From positions 372,001-436,000 of the forward strand of contig CDPCPM010000259.1 of NCBI GenBank assembly GCA_976551045.1: a DNA stretch of 64,000 nt, given 5' to 3'. Below, piece after piece: positions 10,988 through 22,355 of this stretch. The notes below the pieces were generated by a model, which was not told the origin of the DNA, did no database searches, and saw nothing but the letters and a program-made list of their open reading frames with translations. Source of the stretch: Glaucostegus cemiculus. Lineage: Eukaryota. How positions within the stretch are numbered: position 1 is the first letter of the stretch; the number at the start of each line of letters is the position of its first letter. Position numbers and translations under genes: made by a program.

Positions 10988-11479
10988 AACTAATTGTACC
11001 TCATGGATATTATGCACATGAGGTGCTACGACCAGGAACAAATCCAACTGGACACACATCTATACTAATTGTAACCTAAACAAGGTAAAGGAAACTGATG
11101 CCCATACATGTCACACTTCCAGCATGGCACACAACTGAGAACATGCCATTACCATCTTATACAGGGTACCTAAAGCTGTTATATCTTACATTGTACAACC
11201 GCACCTGGTTCACATAAATAGTTGCATTGAAAACAAACCATACACTCCTGGTACCCATTCTAGTCACATTTCACAGACGGTATCCACACCCTGTGTCTGA
11301 TTCATTTGCACCTCACACAAGGTATTCACATAATATATAAACCAGTAGAGCCCAGCAAAAGAGCCCAGCAAAAAGTTTTTTTTTATATCAGCCATTTTTC
11401 AGTCATTTCAGTCTCTAAAGTAATTGTGTCTAACTCAGTCTCTCAGCTGGAGAAGGTGAGTGATGAAAGGAATAAGTTG

Positions 11480-12520
11480 TGGATGAAAGCAAAAAAATAA
11501 TTTATCAAAATAAAAATATCACTTTGAAGGTATCAACGGCACAAAATGAAATCCACGTACCAAGGTTTGTTTCAAAGTCAGATTCTTGTCCATTCGATCT
11601 TTGCAATTGAAACTTCATGATTTCCAAAACCTGTTTCTTTAACATGGCACTTTCAGAAACAATGTACTGATCACAATAGCAGATGCTCATTAGTTCTGAT
11701 ATTTCATGGCTTTATAGTTTTTGGGCTCTTTAAATTCATTGGGAAATAAATCCTGCATTTTTAAAGAAATCGATTTGACTGCTGTTTCTTCAAAGTATTG
11801 AACAGTTGCTAAATTAAATTAAAGTTCAATCACCACAATAAGGCACGAGGAGAATGGGAGGGGGGTTGGCTTATTTCCAGACTCTTAATAGGAAACAATT
11901 GTGTAATGTGCTCTGACTGCGATTGCACCTAACCATGCGTGTAAGATTGAACTTGCTTGCCTGATCTCTGGAATTAAGTAGTGTGAACTTCAACACTGTT
12001 TTTCACTTTGTTATTTTGTGTTCATCAAGGCGAGGGATGTTGGCAATGGAGAACTGAATGCTTTCCATTTCAGGCAGCAAGTTAGTGTAGAAATTAGTTT
12101 GCATTATGCTTATTTTTCAGGCATAAAATGGCCCCAAAGCAAGTCAGTTTGGCTTTGGAACTGCATGTACCCACTCTGTGTTGCTCTGGGGTCAAATCAG
12201 ACTGTCACTCTGAACTTTCAGTGCAAGTTCAGCATCAGTGTTCAGACAATATCACTTCACCTGAGACAAAGGAGATGATCTCTAAGTAATTATTGGCAGC
12301 AAGAAATGTTGCTTGTACAAAAATTTCTCATTGGTGTTGACAGTGAGAATGCACTTGGAGCATGAAGCCATAAACTTTCTGTGTTACTGCAACCTTAGTT
12401 GCAGATGGCAATGCTTGCTTTTAAACCTAATGGAATCTAACATAGCGAGCTAACTAAATTCATTTCAACACTTCGGCTCAGTAATGCAATGCATATGATA
12501 CCTTGCAGAGAGCATTTAAT
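11480..12520. promoter_or_regulatory. Candidate conserved non-coding cluster
   Basis: About 1 kb without recognisable repeats; AAATTAAATT, AACAATTG, TTTGCAT, TAATTATT and TGACAG motifs. Confidence 0.4.
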
Positions 12521-12529
12521 ATTTCAACC

Positions 12530-12800
12530 AGCTCTCTTCCAGTTTTCTTCCCTTTCTCCTGAGAGATTACCTTTGCTGGTGTTGAGTCCCCACAGTCTTT
12601 CCCAAGTGAACTTTCTTAGATGTAATAGTGTCAGTTGTTTATGTGACTAAGGCATTTGTGTTTTCCTTCCTGCCAGCAATCAGTGACCACATAAGTAGGA
12701 TCACTGCATGTTGACCAGAAGTAAGAACACTGGGGTAATTCCCCTCACCAGCCTGGGGACTTTGAGGCCAATTGTTCTCATTTGAGGAATTAGATCAGCA
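12530..12800 (-). mobile_element. Ancient SINE-like dispersed repeat (family X)
   Basis: TTTTCTTCCCTTTCTCCTGAG..CCAGCCTGGGGACTTTGAGGCCAATTGT..AGATCAGCAA. Confidence 0.55.
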
Positions 12801-13160
12801 ACCCAGTGACTGTGAGTTCAAATCCCATCTGTGAAATTTAATTCAATAAATATTGCAGTTTATGGATTAGCAAGAACGAACTGATGATGAATTCTGCAAA
12901 TGATCATAGAAATCTAACAGGTTACCTGGCAAACTTTAAGGAAAAAGACATGCAATCCAATTTGGGCTATCATAAGTTCGAATCCAAGTCTGCTTGGTTG
13001 ACTCTGATGCCCATTGGACAACCAAGCTGGACATAATCAGTGCAATGCAGAGAGCCAACCATTGTCTTCTCATTGGAAGCTCTTCTAGTGTCATTTAGGT
13101 GTGGCTGATAAATGTGGCCTTTATCATCTTTGGCCATATCCTCAGAGCAAATAGAGTAAA
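12795..13160 (+). mobile_element. tRNA-derived SINE (same family as 4185-4450)
   Basis: Box B GAGTTCAAATCCCA, AATTCAATAAAT, TTTAAGGAAAAAG; tail GATAAATGTGGCC..ATCCTCAGAGCAAATA. Confidence 0.65.
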
Positions 13161-13229
13161 AGATTGTAACACTCCTGACCTGGTGATAGGGTTTGCATCT
13201 TTGAATTTTTTTGCTTCTTAATGGGTTCA

Positions 13230-13512
13230 ACCCAGCACTAAATGATGCATTGTTCCACCAGTTCTTCAAATCCACCCACAGCTTCAACTCTTCCTTCCTC
13301 TGTAACCTCTTCCATTTCTACAACTCTTTGGGGGCTCTTTTAAGCTTCTCCTTAAAGCTTAACTACTTGTCCATTTCTATTTTAGTATCTATTTCTATCT
13401 AGTAACTCCTTGTATGTCTCAGGGTCAAATTTTGCCTCATAACATTCTTGTGAAGTACTAAGGAAATGTTACAATGTTAGGAGTGTTACACAAATGCAAG
13501 ATGTTGTTGTTG
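13230..13512 (+). mobile_element. L2 LINE 3' end, old
   Basis: TTCAAATCCACCCAC..CTCTGTAACCTCTTCCA..GTCAAATTTTG..TGTGAAG..AATGCAAGATGTTGTTGTTG. Confidence 0.7.
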
Positions 13513-13519
13513 ATCCACT

Positions 13520-14790
13520 GAAAGAATCACAAATTTAATGTGAATCAAGTATTGACTGAACAGTTGGGTTATTGAGCATGTCTGGTTTCTGAGATTGACG
13601 TTTAAAAAAAAATCTGGTTGAGGGGAACCTAGTTGTGCAGAAGCACTTTGAGAAATCAGCAGGTAATGCACCTGTGATGACTTGATATGATTTCATCTTG
13701 ACAAAAATTTAATCTTGTATTTACAGTTTATTATTTAACCTCAGTTCAACTGGAGGCAGAACAGTCAGTGAAAGTATTTTGAAATCTGGCTTGCACTGAC
13801 CAATAAAGAGAGTTTTTGTCTTTAAGATTTGCACTGAAATATGATTCAAACCTGTGCTTTAGCTCCTAAACTGACTCTAATTATCTGCTACCTTCTGTTC
13901 TGTGGTCCCTGCTGTGATGAAAACCAGCAATGCTAAAGCAAACTGGTTCTTAATTTTCCCTGACAGCCTGCCTTAAACATAAAGGCAAATCTCTCCTCTA
14001 ATTAAAAGCACATTCAAAGTCCAAACAAATTAAGTACAATTAAATCCTCTGAATTATGAGTATCTATCACTTGGAAATATTTTTGTAAAAATTACCACAT
14101 TTAGATCAAAGTCTCCTGCCTCCTAGTTTAATTGCATCATTAGGAGCATTGCAACAGGCTTCATAAATATAAAGCCTGCTCGTTTCTCTGGGAATACTGA
14201 AGGGACAGCCCTCAAGCTAATTGTTTCCATATTTCCATAAGAGGTTCATCTGTTTGAGCGTGTGTAATGGGACAGACTGAGAGTTTCACCTAATTTGGTC
14301 CCCTATTATTTTACACATTGATTTATCATTTTTTGAGGGTGCTATTTTTTTTGAACAGCATTCATCTGAACAGCCTCCTGGTTTTACAAATTCCATCAAG
14401 TATCAGGCTGAGCCCATCTGCGAGATTACAATTTTCCTGTCTCAACGAGCACCAATCAATTATTGATAAAGCAACAGTCTTTCATTATGTCAGCTTACCC
14501 AGCCTGCATCTCAATCAAACAACCGATAGCACTGAGTGTTGCAGAAAACACAGCTATATTAATGGCCGTTGAGGAAATAATTAGCCATATGATCGGCTGG
14601 CACCTTGAATCGCCCAAGTGGTTATGCAAATAAAAAGACTGCAGAATAATTCATGAAATCTGCCCCACCTCCTTAGTCTTTGTCTTTCTTTCATGCTCTA
14701 GACTCTAGTCAGTCTGAAAAGAATTCGGCACTTGTGTATGTTCAAAATGGTTTCCCTAATCACATGTTCCGATGTGACTAAAGAGAGATT
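13520..14790. promoter_or_regulatory. Candidate conserved non-coding cluster (strongest CNE-like block)
   Basis: About 1.2 kb without a clear repeat; many TAATT sites, ATGCAAAT at 14624-14631, ATCAAT/ATTGAT, TGACAG and several retained CpGs. Confidence 0.5.
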
Positions 14791-15094
14791 AACTACAACC
14801 CTGTAACAAATGGTTCTGGACAATACTTAAATAGCTCACCATTAATACTGCAGCACATTTCCCTTTGTTTGTTTTCCTTAGACTCTTTCCAGAAACACCC
14901 ACCATTCCCACGCCAAAAGAAAGCAGGGCACCAGTTCCCAGGCTTCTGACAGTGCCATTCTGTAAGTGCCCGGCAGGAGGCACACAAGAGCCATGTAGGA
15001 TGATTGTCCACTACTAGCCTTTTCACAGTGAGCCATCTGACATCAACACTGCCACCACTACCACCCCCATCTCAACCCCCTCCCATGGTTTTGT

Positions 15095-15497
15095 TAAGAC
15101 GATGGACTTCTGTCCTGTGGAGAGGCTGGAGAAGCTGTGATTGTTTCCCTTACAACAGGGAAGCTTAAAGGGATATTTAATACAGGTGTTCAAAATCATA
15201 AAAGGTTTTGTTAGCATCATTAGGCAGAAACTGTTTGACTGAAAGCATGATTGTAATTAGAGTGTGAAGTTTTAAGGTAATTGCCAGATGAATTCAATGG
15301 AAGATAAGAAGTTGCTCAGGTGGTGAGTTGTGATTTGGAATTCAGTGTCTGAAAGGGCATTTAAGCAGGTTCAGTAATAATTTTCAACGGGGAACTGGGT
15401 AATCATTTGAAAGAGTGAGAACTGCAGGGAGAGGGAACCAATAGAGTGCCTCTTTCATGGACATTATGGGCTCCCATTGATCCTATGATCCTATCAT
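15095..15497 (+). mobile_element. CR1 LINE 3' fragment
   Basis: GGAGAGGCTGGAGAAGCTG..AAAGGGATATTTAATACAGGTGTTCAAAATCAT..TTTGGAATTC..; (GATCCTAT)n tail. Confidence 0.75.
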
Positions 15498-15835
15498 CAC
15501 AGCACATTTACTTCTGTGTTTTGCTACATCCTCACTCTGGTTCTTGTTGAAACCCTCTACTGGATATGAATTAGGAAGGTACCCAGAGACTCTGGGACTT
15601 CCTGGTCAACCTGGTAGATATGCAACACCTTCCCATTCAATGTCAATACACAGGAATTTACAGAGGGATTTCATGGATCTCTTCCCAGGGATTGTGATAG
15701 CTATATCCTATTTGGCTGGAATAACATATCGAGGTAAAGATGTTTATCAGCCCCAAGTTCATTTAGATGTTCTTTCATTGAACTGCAAGATCCAAATATA
15801 ATGTTTGGGGAATTTGTAATAAGAATATATGTCTT

Positions 15836-15935
15836 GTCATAGAGTCATAGAGTTATACAGCATGCAAACAGGCACCTTGACCCAACTCATCCATGCTGAC
15901 CAAGATGTCTATCCGAGCTAGTCCCATTTATCTGT
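15836..15935 (-). mobile_element. CR1 3' tail fragment
   Basis: GTCATAGAGTCATAGAGTTATACAGCATG..CCCAACTCATCCATGCTGACCAAG. Confidence 0.8.
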
Positions 15936-16524
15936 GTCATAATGGAATTGTGGATAGTTCAAGAAATTGCATTGGAAATGTTATAAATGTATTTACAAAT
16001 GTGCAGATATTCCAAGACCTTTTATAAACCAATTGATATCAATAGCCAGCTAGGTTATTACATCTTTCACTCCTATGTTTGTGCTCTAAAAGATTTCTCA
16101 CATTATTCCATTTCCTTAGCCTTTCTCCACATCCTTATATATTTTTTTTATTTTTCAAATCTTTATTCATTCCTTTTCAAAAGTCATCATGAATTCCACT
16201 TTCACCAAAGTTTCCAAAATAAACAGAAAAATAAAGGTGGATTCTACACATTGATGGTATTATGTCCCATCAGGTAACCACTATCCCCTCCCCACAACCC
16301 CTCTCCCCACCTTCAAATTGTAACTGAGCTAAGAAGTTGCTTTAAACCTTGGATTGTCCAGTTGTCATTGATCACAGGAAATGTGCATTACCCTTTGAGT
16401 CTTTCCTCATGATTAAAACTGCTTAATAGTATTCATATATCTTAACAATTCCCTCAGAACCAAGGGGAAGTAGGAAGATTCAACAGAGCTCTAACAAGAT
16501 TCTGTCTCAGTGCTCCAGTCTCCA

Positions 16525-16590
16525 CCCACAATGTTGCGCTGACATTTTATCCTGTTCTAAGATCCATCTAACCCTTCCCTCCCACAGGAG
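16525..16590 (-). mobile_element. Short CR1 3' tail fragment
   Basis: CCCACAATGTTGCGCTGACATTTTATCCTG..CTAACCCTTCCCTCCCACA, near-identical to copies at 17644 and 28248. Confidence 0.75.
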
Positions 16591-16610
16591 CATATAAACG
16601 AAGGGGTCAC

Positions 16611-16750
16611 CAGTTCTGATGAAGGATCTTCAACCTGAAATGTTAACTCAGGTTCTCTTCCTACAGGCAGCACCTGACATGCTGAATGTTTCCAGCATTT
16701 TCTGATTTTTTTCCCAGACCCTCAGCATCTACAGTTTTTGATTTTTGTGT
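16611..16750 (+). mobile_element. Penelope-type terminal repeat fragment
   Basis: CTGATGAAGG..CCTGAAATGTTAACT..CCTGACATGCTGA..TTTCCAGCATTTTCTG..CAGCATCTACAG; family also at 29730, 36640, 43222, 45212 and 52107. Confidence 0.7.
16612..16648 (+). ncRNA. Minimal type I hammerhead ribozyme motif (Penelope-type)
   Basis: Stem I AGTT/AACT; core CTGATGA (16616-16622); stem II AGG-ATCTTCAA-CCT; GAAA (16637-16640); minimal stem III; GTT cleavage triplet (16642-16644). Confidence 0.65.
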
Positions 16751-16889
16751 AGAGTATTGAAGTAGGTCAATAGTGACTTCCCACACTGTTGCAGAGACTC
16801 ATTATTCACTAGTCCATGATCTCACTGCACAACTTTTTCACCAACGTTTCACTATTGGCTACAATCACAAAGACTGCTGCTGAGGACTT

Positions 16890-17245
16890 TTCTGAGGAAT
16901 GCCTCAACACGGAATAGTGGGACCCAGGCCGCTCCCAGAGGCCCTCACATGCTGAGGTCCTGATTTCAATCACTCTGCTAATGAAGATTGCCATATAGAT
17001 AATAAGCTTCATCGTACAAAATAAGGCCAGAAACTCCACTTAGTTTTTGCCCGGTAACTGATATAGTTCCTTTTTAGTGTAATCTTGTCAAAATGTCTCA
17101 TTAAATAGAAAAGAAAGAAGAATTTAGCTGAATCTCTCCTCTGGTCCTCTTCCATAAACGGGCAGCCCAAGATTCAAGGTTTGAAGAAGGCCCTGGACTG
17201 TATTTTGGAAACCACTACCACAGAGCAAAAGAAACAGGAGATTAT
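16890..17245. promoter_or_regulatory. Candidate conserved non-coding element
   Basis: Repeat-free with retained CpGs; GATAAT, TAATCT, TGTCAA and CATTAA motifs. Confidence 0.3.
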
Positions 17246-17252
17246 AAGCTAA

Positions 17253-17540
17253 GGTAAGATTTTTTTTATCAGTCACATGTACATCGAAACACCCAGTGAA
17301 ATACATCTTTTTTGTGTAGAGTGTTCTGGGAGCAGCCCGCACGTGTCGCCACACTTCCGGCACCAACATACCATGCCCACAACTTCCTAACCTGTACGTC
17401 TTTGGAACGTGGGAAGAAACCCGGAGGAAGCCCATGCAGATACAGGGAGAATGTACAAACTCCTTACAGACAGAGGCCAGAACTGGACCCATGTCACTGG
17501 CACTGTAAAGCGTTACACTAATTGCTACACTACCATGCCT
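17253..17540 (-). mobile_element. V-SINE with Rex1/Babar-type 3' tail
   Basis: Reverse V domain CTGTACGTCTTTGGAACGTGGGAAGAAACCCGGAGG..GTACAAACTCCTTACAGACAG; minus-strand tail TTTCACTGGGTGTTTCGATGTACATGTGACTGATAA. Confidence 0.85.
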
Positions 17541-17643
17541 TGCAAAAGAGTTCAGGGGCTAAATTTGAAAGCCCAGATTACAGGCAGGAGGATTAGAATT
17601 TGCAACTAACTCAAAAACTGCTGTCAGCACATCAGCTTTAAGA

Positions 17644-17778
17644 ACACAGAACATAGAATATTACAGCACAGTACAGGCCCTTTGGTCCACAATGTTGTGC
17701 TGACATTTTATCCTGCTCTAAGATCTATCTAACCCTTCCCTCCCACATAGCTCCCCCATTTCTCTATCATTCATGTGT
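17644..17778 (-). mobile_element. Short CR1 3' tail copy
   Basis: CATAGAATATTACAGCACAGTACAGGCCC..TCTCTATCATTCATGTG. Confidence 0.85.
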
Positions 17779-17981
17779 GATGTATTTGAATATTTCCCAC
17801 TTCAAGCCAGCACTCACCATTCATCAGTCGGTTACCTCAGCAGGGTTCAATCTTGTGAGTGGCTTTCACCAGTTGAGGCCTAATTGTACTGCTTGAAGTT
17901 AATCCGAACCACTTAAAGAAAGAGGCAATGTGGCTGGTATAGGTGCAGGAGACCCAAGAAGGAGAAAAAGAATGTTGCAAC

Positions 17982-18170
17982 ATGGAAAAGAACACCCTGC
18001 AAGATTTTTAGACATCCTTGGAGGCCTTGGTGCAACATTTGGTAAATAGGTGGTTGTCATGGTGCCAGAACACTAGCTCAAAATCTAGTAGTTCCATGCC
18101 TGGAGTCTGGATGCAATGACCTAGGTATATTGTACAAGAAATGTAATGATCTCACCTGATTGACAAGGTT
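17982..18170 (+). pseudogene. Harbinger Myb/SANT-like DNA-binding protein remnant
   Basis: ARFL-TSLEALVQ (cf. PRFSDxxLEALV) and LYKKCNDLT (cf. QCRKKxNDL), followed by a GT donor; frameshifted. Confidence 0.6.
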
Positions 18171-18419
18171 TGTGAATGCATTGTCAAATATCATTTTCGA
18201 CCAATTCTACTTCCAGCCTCACAAACTGCACATCTCCCCATCTTTCACCCACCTCAGACAGCCACCAACATCTTTCAGTGCTCATGCCTAACATATGCTC
18301 TGCCACACCCGCGTACACATAGCATGCTGCAAAGTAGCAAAGCGTAGCACAAGTGCAAAGTCCTGAGAGACCAAGATCAGTGCTGTTGCTTCCTGTGCCA
18401 AGATGGGATGGTCTGCATT

Positions 18420-19700
18420 AGGTCACCTTACAAGACAATGTGCATTTTCCTCCACTTAAAGTTATCAGTCTTCCCCCAGTTACACTGCACTTAGCAGCAG
18501 GGCACTGAGTAGGAACACTAGAACAAGGAAATACATGTGGAGGATGGGCACTAGATGCTAAAGGAATGGAATCCTTTAGCTTCCAGTGCCTAGACAATCC
18601 TAGGCAACAGCAAAACATATGTCAGGCTGCTGTTTATCAATTACAGCTCAGTGTTCTCCGAGGATTTGTCCTGGGCCCAACACATTGATGCAATTATGAA
18701 GAAGGCACATCAGTGGCTCTACTTCGTTAGGAGTTTGAGGAGATCTGGTATGTCACCAAAGACTCTTACAAATTTCTACAGATGTATGGTGGAGAACATT
18801 CGGACTGGTTGCATCACAGCCAGGTACGAAGGCTCCAATGTGCAGGATTGTAAGAGGCTGCAGAGGGTTATAGACTCAGCCAGCTCCATTATGGACACAA
18901 CCCTCCCTGCCATCAAGGACATCTTCAAAAGGCAGTGCCTGAAGAAGGTGGCATCCGTCATTAAGGACCCTCACCATCGGGACATGCCCTCTTCTCATTA
19001 CTACCATCAGGGAGGAGTACAGGAGCACCAAGGCCCACACTCAACGGTTCAGGAGCAGCCTCCTCTTCGTCAGATTTCTGAATGGTCCATGAACCCATGA
19101 ACACCACCTCATTCCTTTCTTTTTGTATTATTTACTTATTTTGTAATTTATAGATTTTTATGTCTTTGCACTGTACTGCTGCTGCAAACTAACAAATTAC
19201 ACGTCATATAAGGCAGTGATAATAAACCTGATTCTGATTCTGAATCCCTTTCATTCTGGAACAGGTCAAAGTTGACATGTGCCTCTGCAAAGTGACATGA
19301 TGGCTTTCTCCTCCAGGAGAATTTTTGCCTGGTGCTTACCACCCTAGTTGATTTTGTCAAATGAAATAAAATGTAATTACTCCTGTTGGAAAAGTGATCT
19401 CTCTTATGCAGCAGTGGATAGCACACTGCTGCTGCAAATACATCTATCTCCAGCCAGCAGGAAGCCATTGCATAAAAGTTCATTGTCATGGTCACCATAA
19501 TGCACAGAACCCTGTTCTGTGGTTGCACTTATGAGGGTAATAGACATTAGATTTCAGTAAGGATACCATTATGAAGAGGAAATATCTCACTCGTAGTCCC
19601 TCAGCTGAGTGATTTGCCCCATGAACATCGCTGGTAGACATGGCCTCCCATATGAGTGACCATCTGTGTGTGCTCTTCTTTCTCCCTCCTGCTCTGCATG
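18420..19700 (-). pseudogene. HARBI1-like transposase remnant, split by the Rex1 insertion
   Basis: QPQ..VTMTMNFYAMAS (cf. KVTVALNFYAxGS), NYILF, HV..FQNER (cf. FxNRKG). Beyond the Rex1: VIDKQQ, LGLSRH..LKDSIP (cf. VCDHQQ, PGSxHD..LRxS). Confidence 0.65.
18650..19244 (+). mobile_element. Rex1/Babar non-LTR retrotransposon 3' fragment
   Basis: ORF 18651-19100 EDLSWAQHIDAIMKKAHQWLYFVRSLRR..LTNFYRC..KRLQRV..IKDPHH; tail AATAAACCTGATTCTGATTCTGA. Confidence 0.9.
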
Positions 19701-19764
19701 CACTCTGTTCGCTTGCTCAGGCGTTGTACTCCAAAGGGAGTGCCCACTGATGCACCCATATCTG

Positions 19765-20342
19765 TAAGAGAGTTATGTTCAAAGTATCAGATTTTGGTGA
19801 GACCACACATAGATCTCTGCTTAAAGTTCTGGTTGTTGCTTCATAAAATGCATTGAAGCAGTGGAAAGATGCCAAAAAGGATATACTTTTCAGCAATGTG
19901 AAGTTATTCCTGTCAGTGACAGAGGAACAGACTGGGACACCCTTCTCTTGAAAAGAATAGGCTGAGGGTGGTCTGATGAAGACATAAAATGGTGCAAATT
20001 TTCAATAGAGTGAACACAGAGAAAGTGTTTTATTGTGTGTGGGAAGAGGCAAAACTAGAGATAAATGTGATATATTCAAGAAAACAGGTGAGAAATTCAG
20101 AAGAAACTTCTTGATCCAGAGAGTGGTTAAGATGTGGAACTCAGCAGCATAGGAAGTGGTTGAAGTGGAAGTGCGGTTGCATTTAAGAGGAAGCCAGATA
20201 AGCACAGGAGGAGGAAGGAGTGGAGAGTTATGCTGACAGTTTGATGAGAAAGGATGGGAGGAGGATTGAGCATAAATCCCAGGCTTGGACCGGATGAGAA
20301 AAAATGGCCTGGTTTTTGTGCTGAATTTTCCATGTAATTCTT
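19765..20342 (+). mobile_element. CR1 LINE 3' fragment
   Basis: TTGGTGAGACCACACATAG..AGAAACTTCTTGATCCAGAGAGTGGTTAAGATGTGGAAC..ATGGCCTGGTTTTTGTGCTG. Confidence 0.8.
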
Positions 20343-21119
20343 TGCAGAATATGGACTGCTCTATGGCAAATGTCCATTGAAGTTGACTAGATCCTTCTTA
20401 AGGGAATTAGGTAAACACTTGAAGAAAGAACATATTGAAGGATGTGAGGAAGGAGTGAGGTTGGAATAAATGCCAGCAGTGAGTAGCTAGTACAGATCTT
20501 AGACTGAAAGCCTGCTTTGCGCTGTCTTTTTGCAATTTGTATGTTTCCAGCTCTTTAAGAACCACTCCTATCAACATTAGTGTACTTAAAAATGATTCCC
20601 TGGCATCTCTATGCTCACTGACCCATTTTGTCTCTGATTGTGGAATGGCTTGTTTTTAAAATTTTTATTTCCATTTTACAAAATTTCTCCATGTCCTTTC
20701 CCCTCCCTTTCAAAGTAACTTCCTTTGACATCTCTCACTCCCTCTCTCTCTCCCTCTTTCCCTGAGAAGGGTGATGCACACAGTCTGCATCCACTATCCC
20801 AGTCACAGTCACATTGGCAAAGAGCTTGAAGAGCCCTGTTATATATATCCTGGGTCTCTGTGTTCAGATAACATCTGATGTCAGTGAGACAGAAGGAAAG
20901 AACTGGCGGACATCAGGATGCTCCATGGCACTTTACGTTTTGGGATGTCAGAGAGGTACAGCCCCTACTGTGGTAGAAACAGAAAAATATTTCATAATAT
21001 GTCCAACGGCTACAGTAGAACCACCTCAAGTGCACCAGATGAGAATCAGCAGAAGAGAAGACTTGGTGAAGAAGAAATTTGTCCCTGCCTAAGAGAATTG
21101 GAGTCTCGCATTGAGCCCT

Positions 21120-21300
21120 CCTGATAGCTTGGTGGCTTTCTGTGTTGTCACTATGCTATTGAACTGCACGGAGCAAGTACACCTCTAGTTTGATCCCTGA
21201 TTTCAGACAATTGGCAGTGCAATTACAGGCCTCATTACCCTTTGGGCCAGGGAGGTGATAAATCCACCAGGATTTCTGTCCTTGCACATTCTCCAGTTTT
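21120..21300 (+). mobile_element. Ancient SINE-like dispersed repeat (family X) 5' part
   Basis: GTTTGATCCCTG..GGCCTCATTACCCTTTGGGCCAGGGAGGTGATAAATCCACCAGG. Confidence 0.5.
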
Positions 21301-21329
21301 AGTAATGATGGTTAGTCTTGCATTGCATT

Positions 21330-21480
21330 TCAAGGAATTGACCATGCAAAAGCAGGCCATTTGTCCCTGCTGGTTCATGCTAGCACTTATGCTCTGGATG
21401 AGTTTACTCACAACTTTCTCAGTATTATCTGTTTATTCCTGCTCCATGTTTATTCACCTTCTCCTTGACTAATCCTGTAA
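21330..21480 (-). mobile_element. CR1 3' tail, old
   Basis: AAAAGCAGGCCATTTGTCCCTGCTGGTTCATGCTAGCACTTATGCTC. Confidence 0.5.
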
Positions 21481-22104
21481 TGATGAGCCCATATGGTTTC
21501 TTCGGAATAGTCTCTAGAATTCGGCGGTGACCGTCTTTTATTTATGGCCATTACTATGTTGTGATGCCTTCAACAGCTGAGCAGTCTGCTGATTGTGTCT
21601 GACTCGGATATGAATGGTTCAAAAAGAGAGTGATTGCAGGCAACCAAACTCTTTAAGAGAGGTGCAGAGAAACTTGGGGCCACAGAAGAAATCAGTAACC
21701 AGAAAACGCTTCCAGATGATCTTTAAACTGTTGTTACTGTTGGTGGTGTACTTTTGTACATCTCTAAGTGTTCTATAAATTGCCTTTTGTTTCCTTATAT
21801 ACTTCCTCAGAGATTAGCTATTCATTTGCAATACTTCAAACACCCGTGACCAATAAGAAAGTAAACAAAACAGAGAATACTTTCTAAATTACTCATTGAC
21901 CTCTGAACCCTCTGAGTGCTGGATTTCCTGCACAGTGTTTTGTTAAAAATGTGCACCTTTATACATCTGTAAAATGGTTTTCTCTGTGTTTTTTATGCAA
22001 AGTGATAAACCATTTATTTTAAGTGGATTACAGTGACTGGTAACAGAGCTAGGCAGTGGAGTGGAATGGAAATGCCTTCTTCGCTCAACTGCTAATGACA
22101 TTTC

Positions 22105-22322
22105 ATGCCTCCCAGGTCTACACCAATCCTTCATCAACCATCATACAGAAAAATTACTTTATTAATACCATAGTACTGTTTATGGGATCATGCTGTGCCC
22201 AAATCAGCTGCTATGTTTCCCAACATTATAACAGTGCTTACTCTTTAAAATTATTTCATTCGAATGTGAAACAGTTTTGAGATGTCAAAATGTTGTGAAA
22301 TACACTATATCTTTCTTTCTAT
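22105..22322 (+). mobile_element. Deu-domain SINE 3' part
   Basis: CTGTTTATGGGATCATGCTGTGCCCAAATCAGCTGCTATGTTTCCCAACATTATAACAGTG..TCTTTCTTTCT. Confidence 0.75.
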
Positions 22323-22355
22323 TATGGGATGTAATGTTTTTCAGAGGAACTGAAA

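Larger units (their letters stand above)
17553..19750. mobile_element. PIF/Harbinger DNA transposon fossil (Myb/SANT gene on +, HARBI1-like transposase on -)
   Basis: Possible left end CAGGGGCTAAATTT; Myb-like and transposase remnants in convergent orientation; interrupted by a CR1 tail and a Rex1. Right boundary uncertain. Confidence 0.65.

Noticed and set aside
11839-11858. miR-124-like string TAAGGCACGAGGAGAATGGG
   Set aside because: Four mismatches to mature miR-124 and no complementary 5p arm upstream, so no hairpin.
18651-19100. 149-aa ORF that might be taken for a host gene (often mislabelled ALKBH8-like)
   Set aside because: It is the C-terminal part of a Rex1/Babar ORF, followed by the element's tandem tail.
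20814-21124. Overlapping 92-aa and 68-aa ORFs
   Set aside because: No recognisable domain and no convincing paired splice sites.
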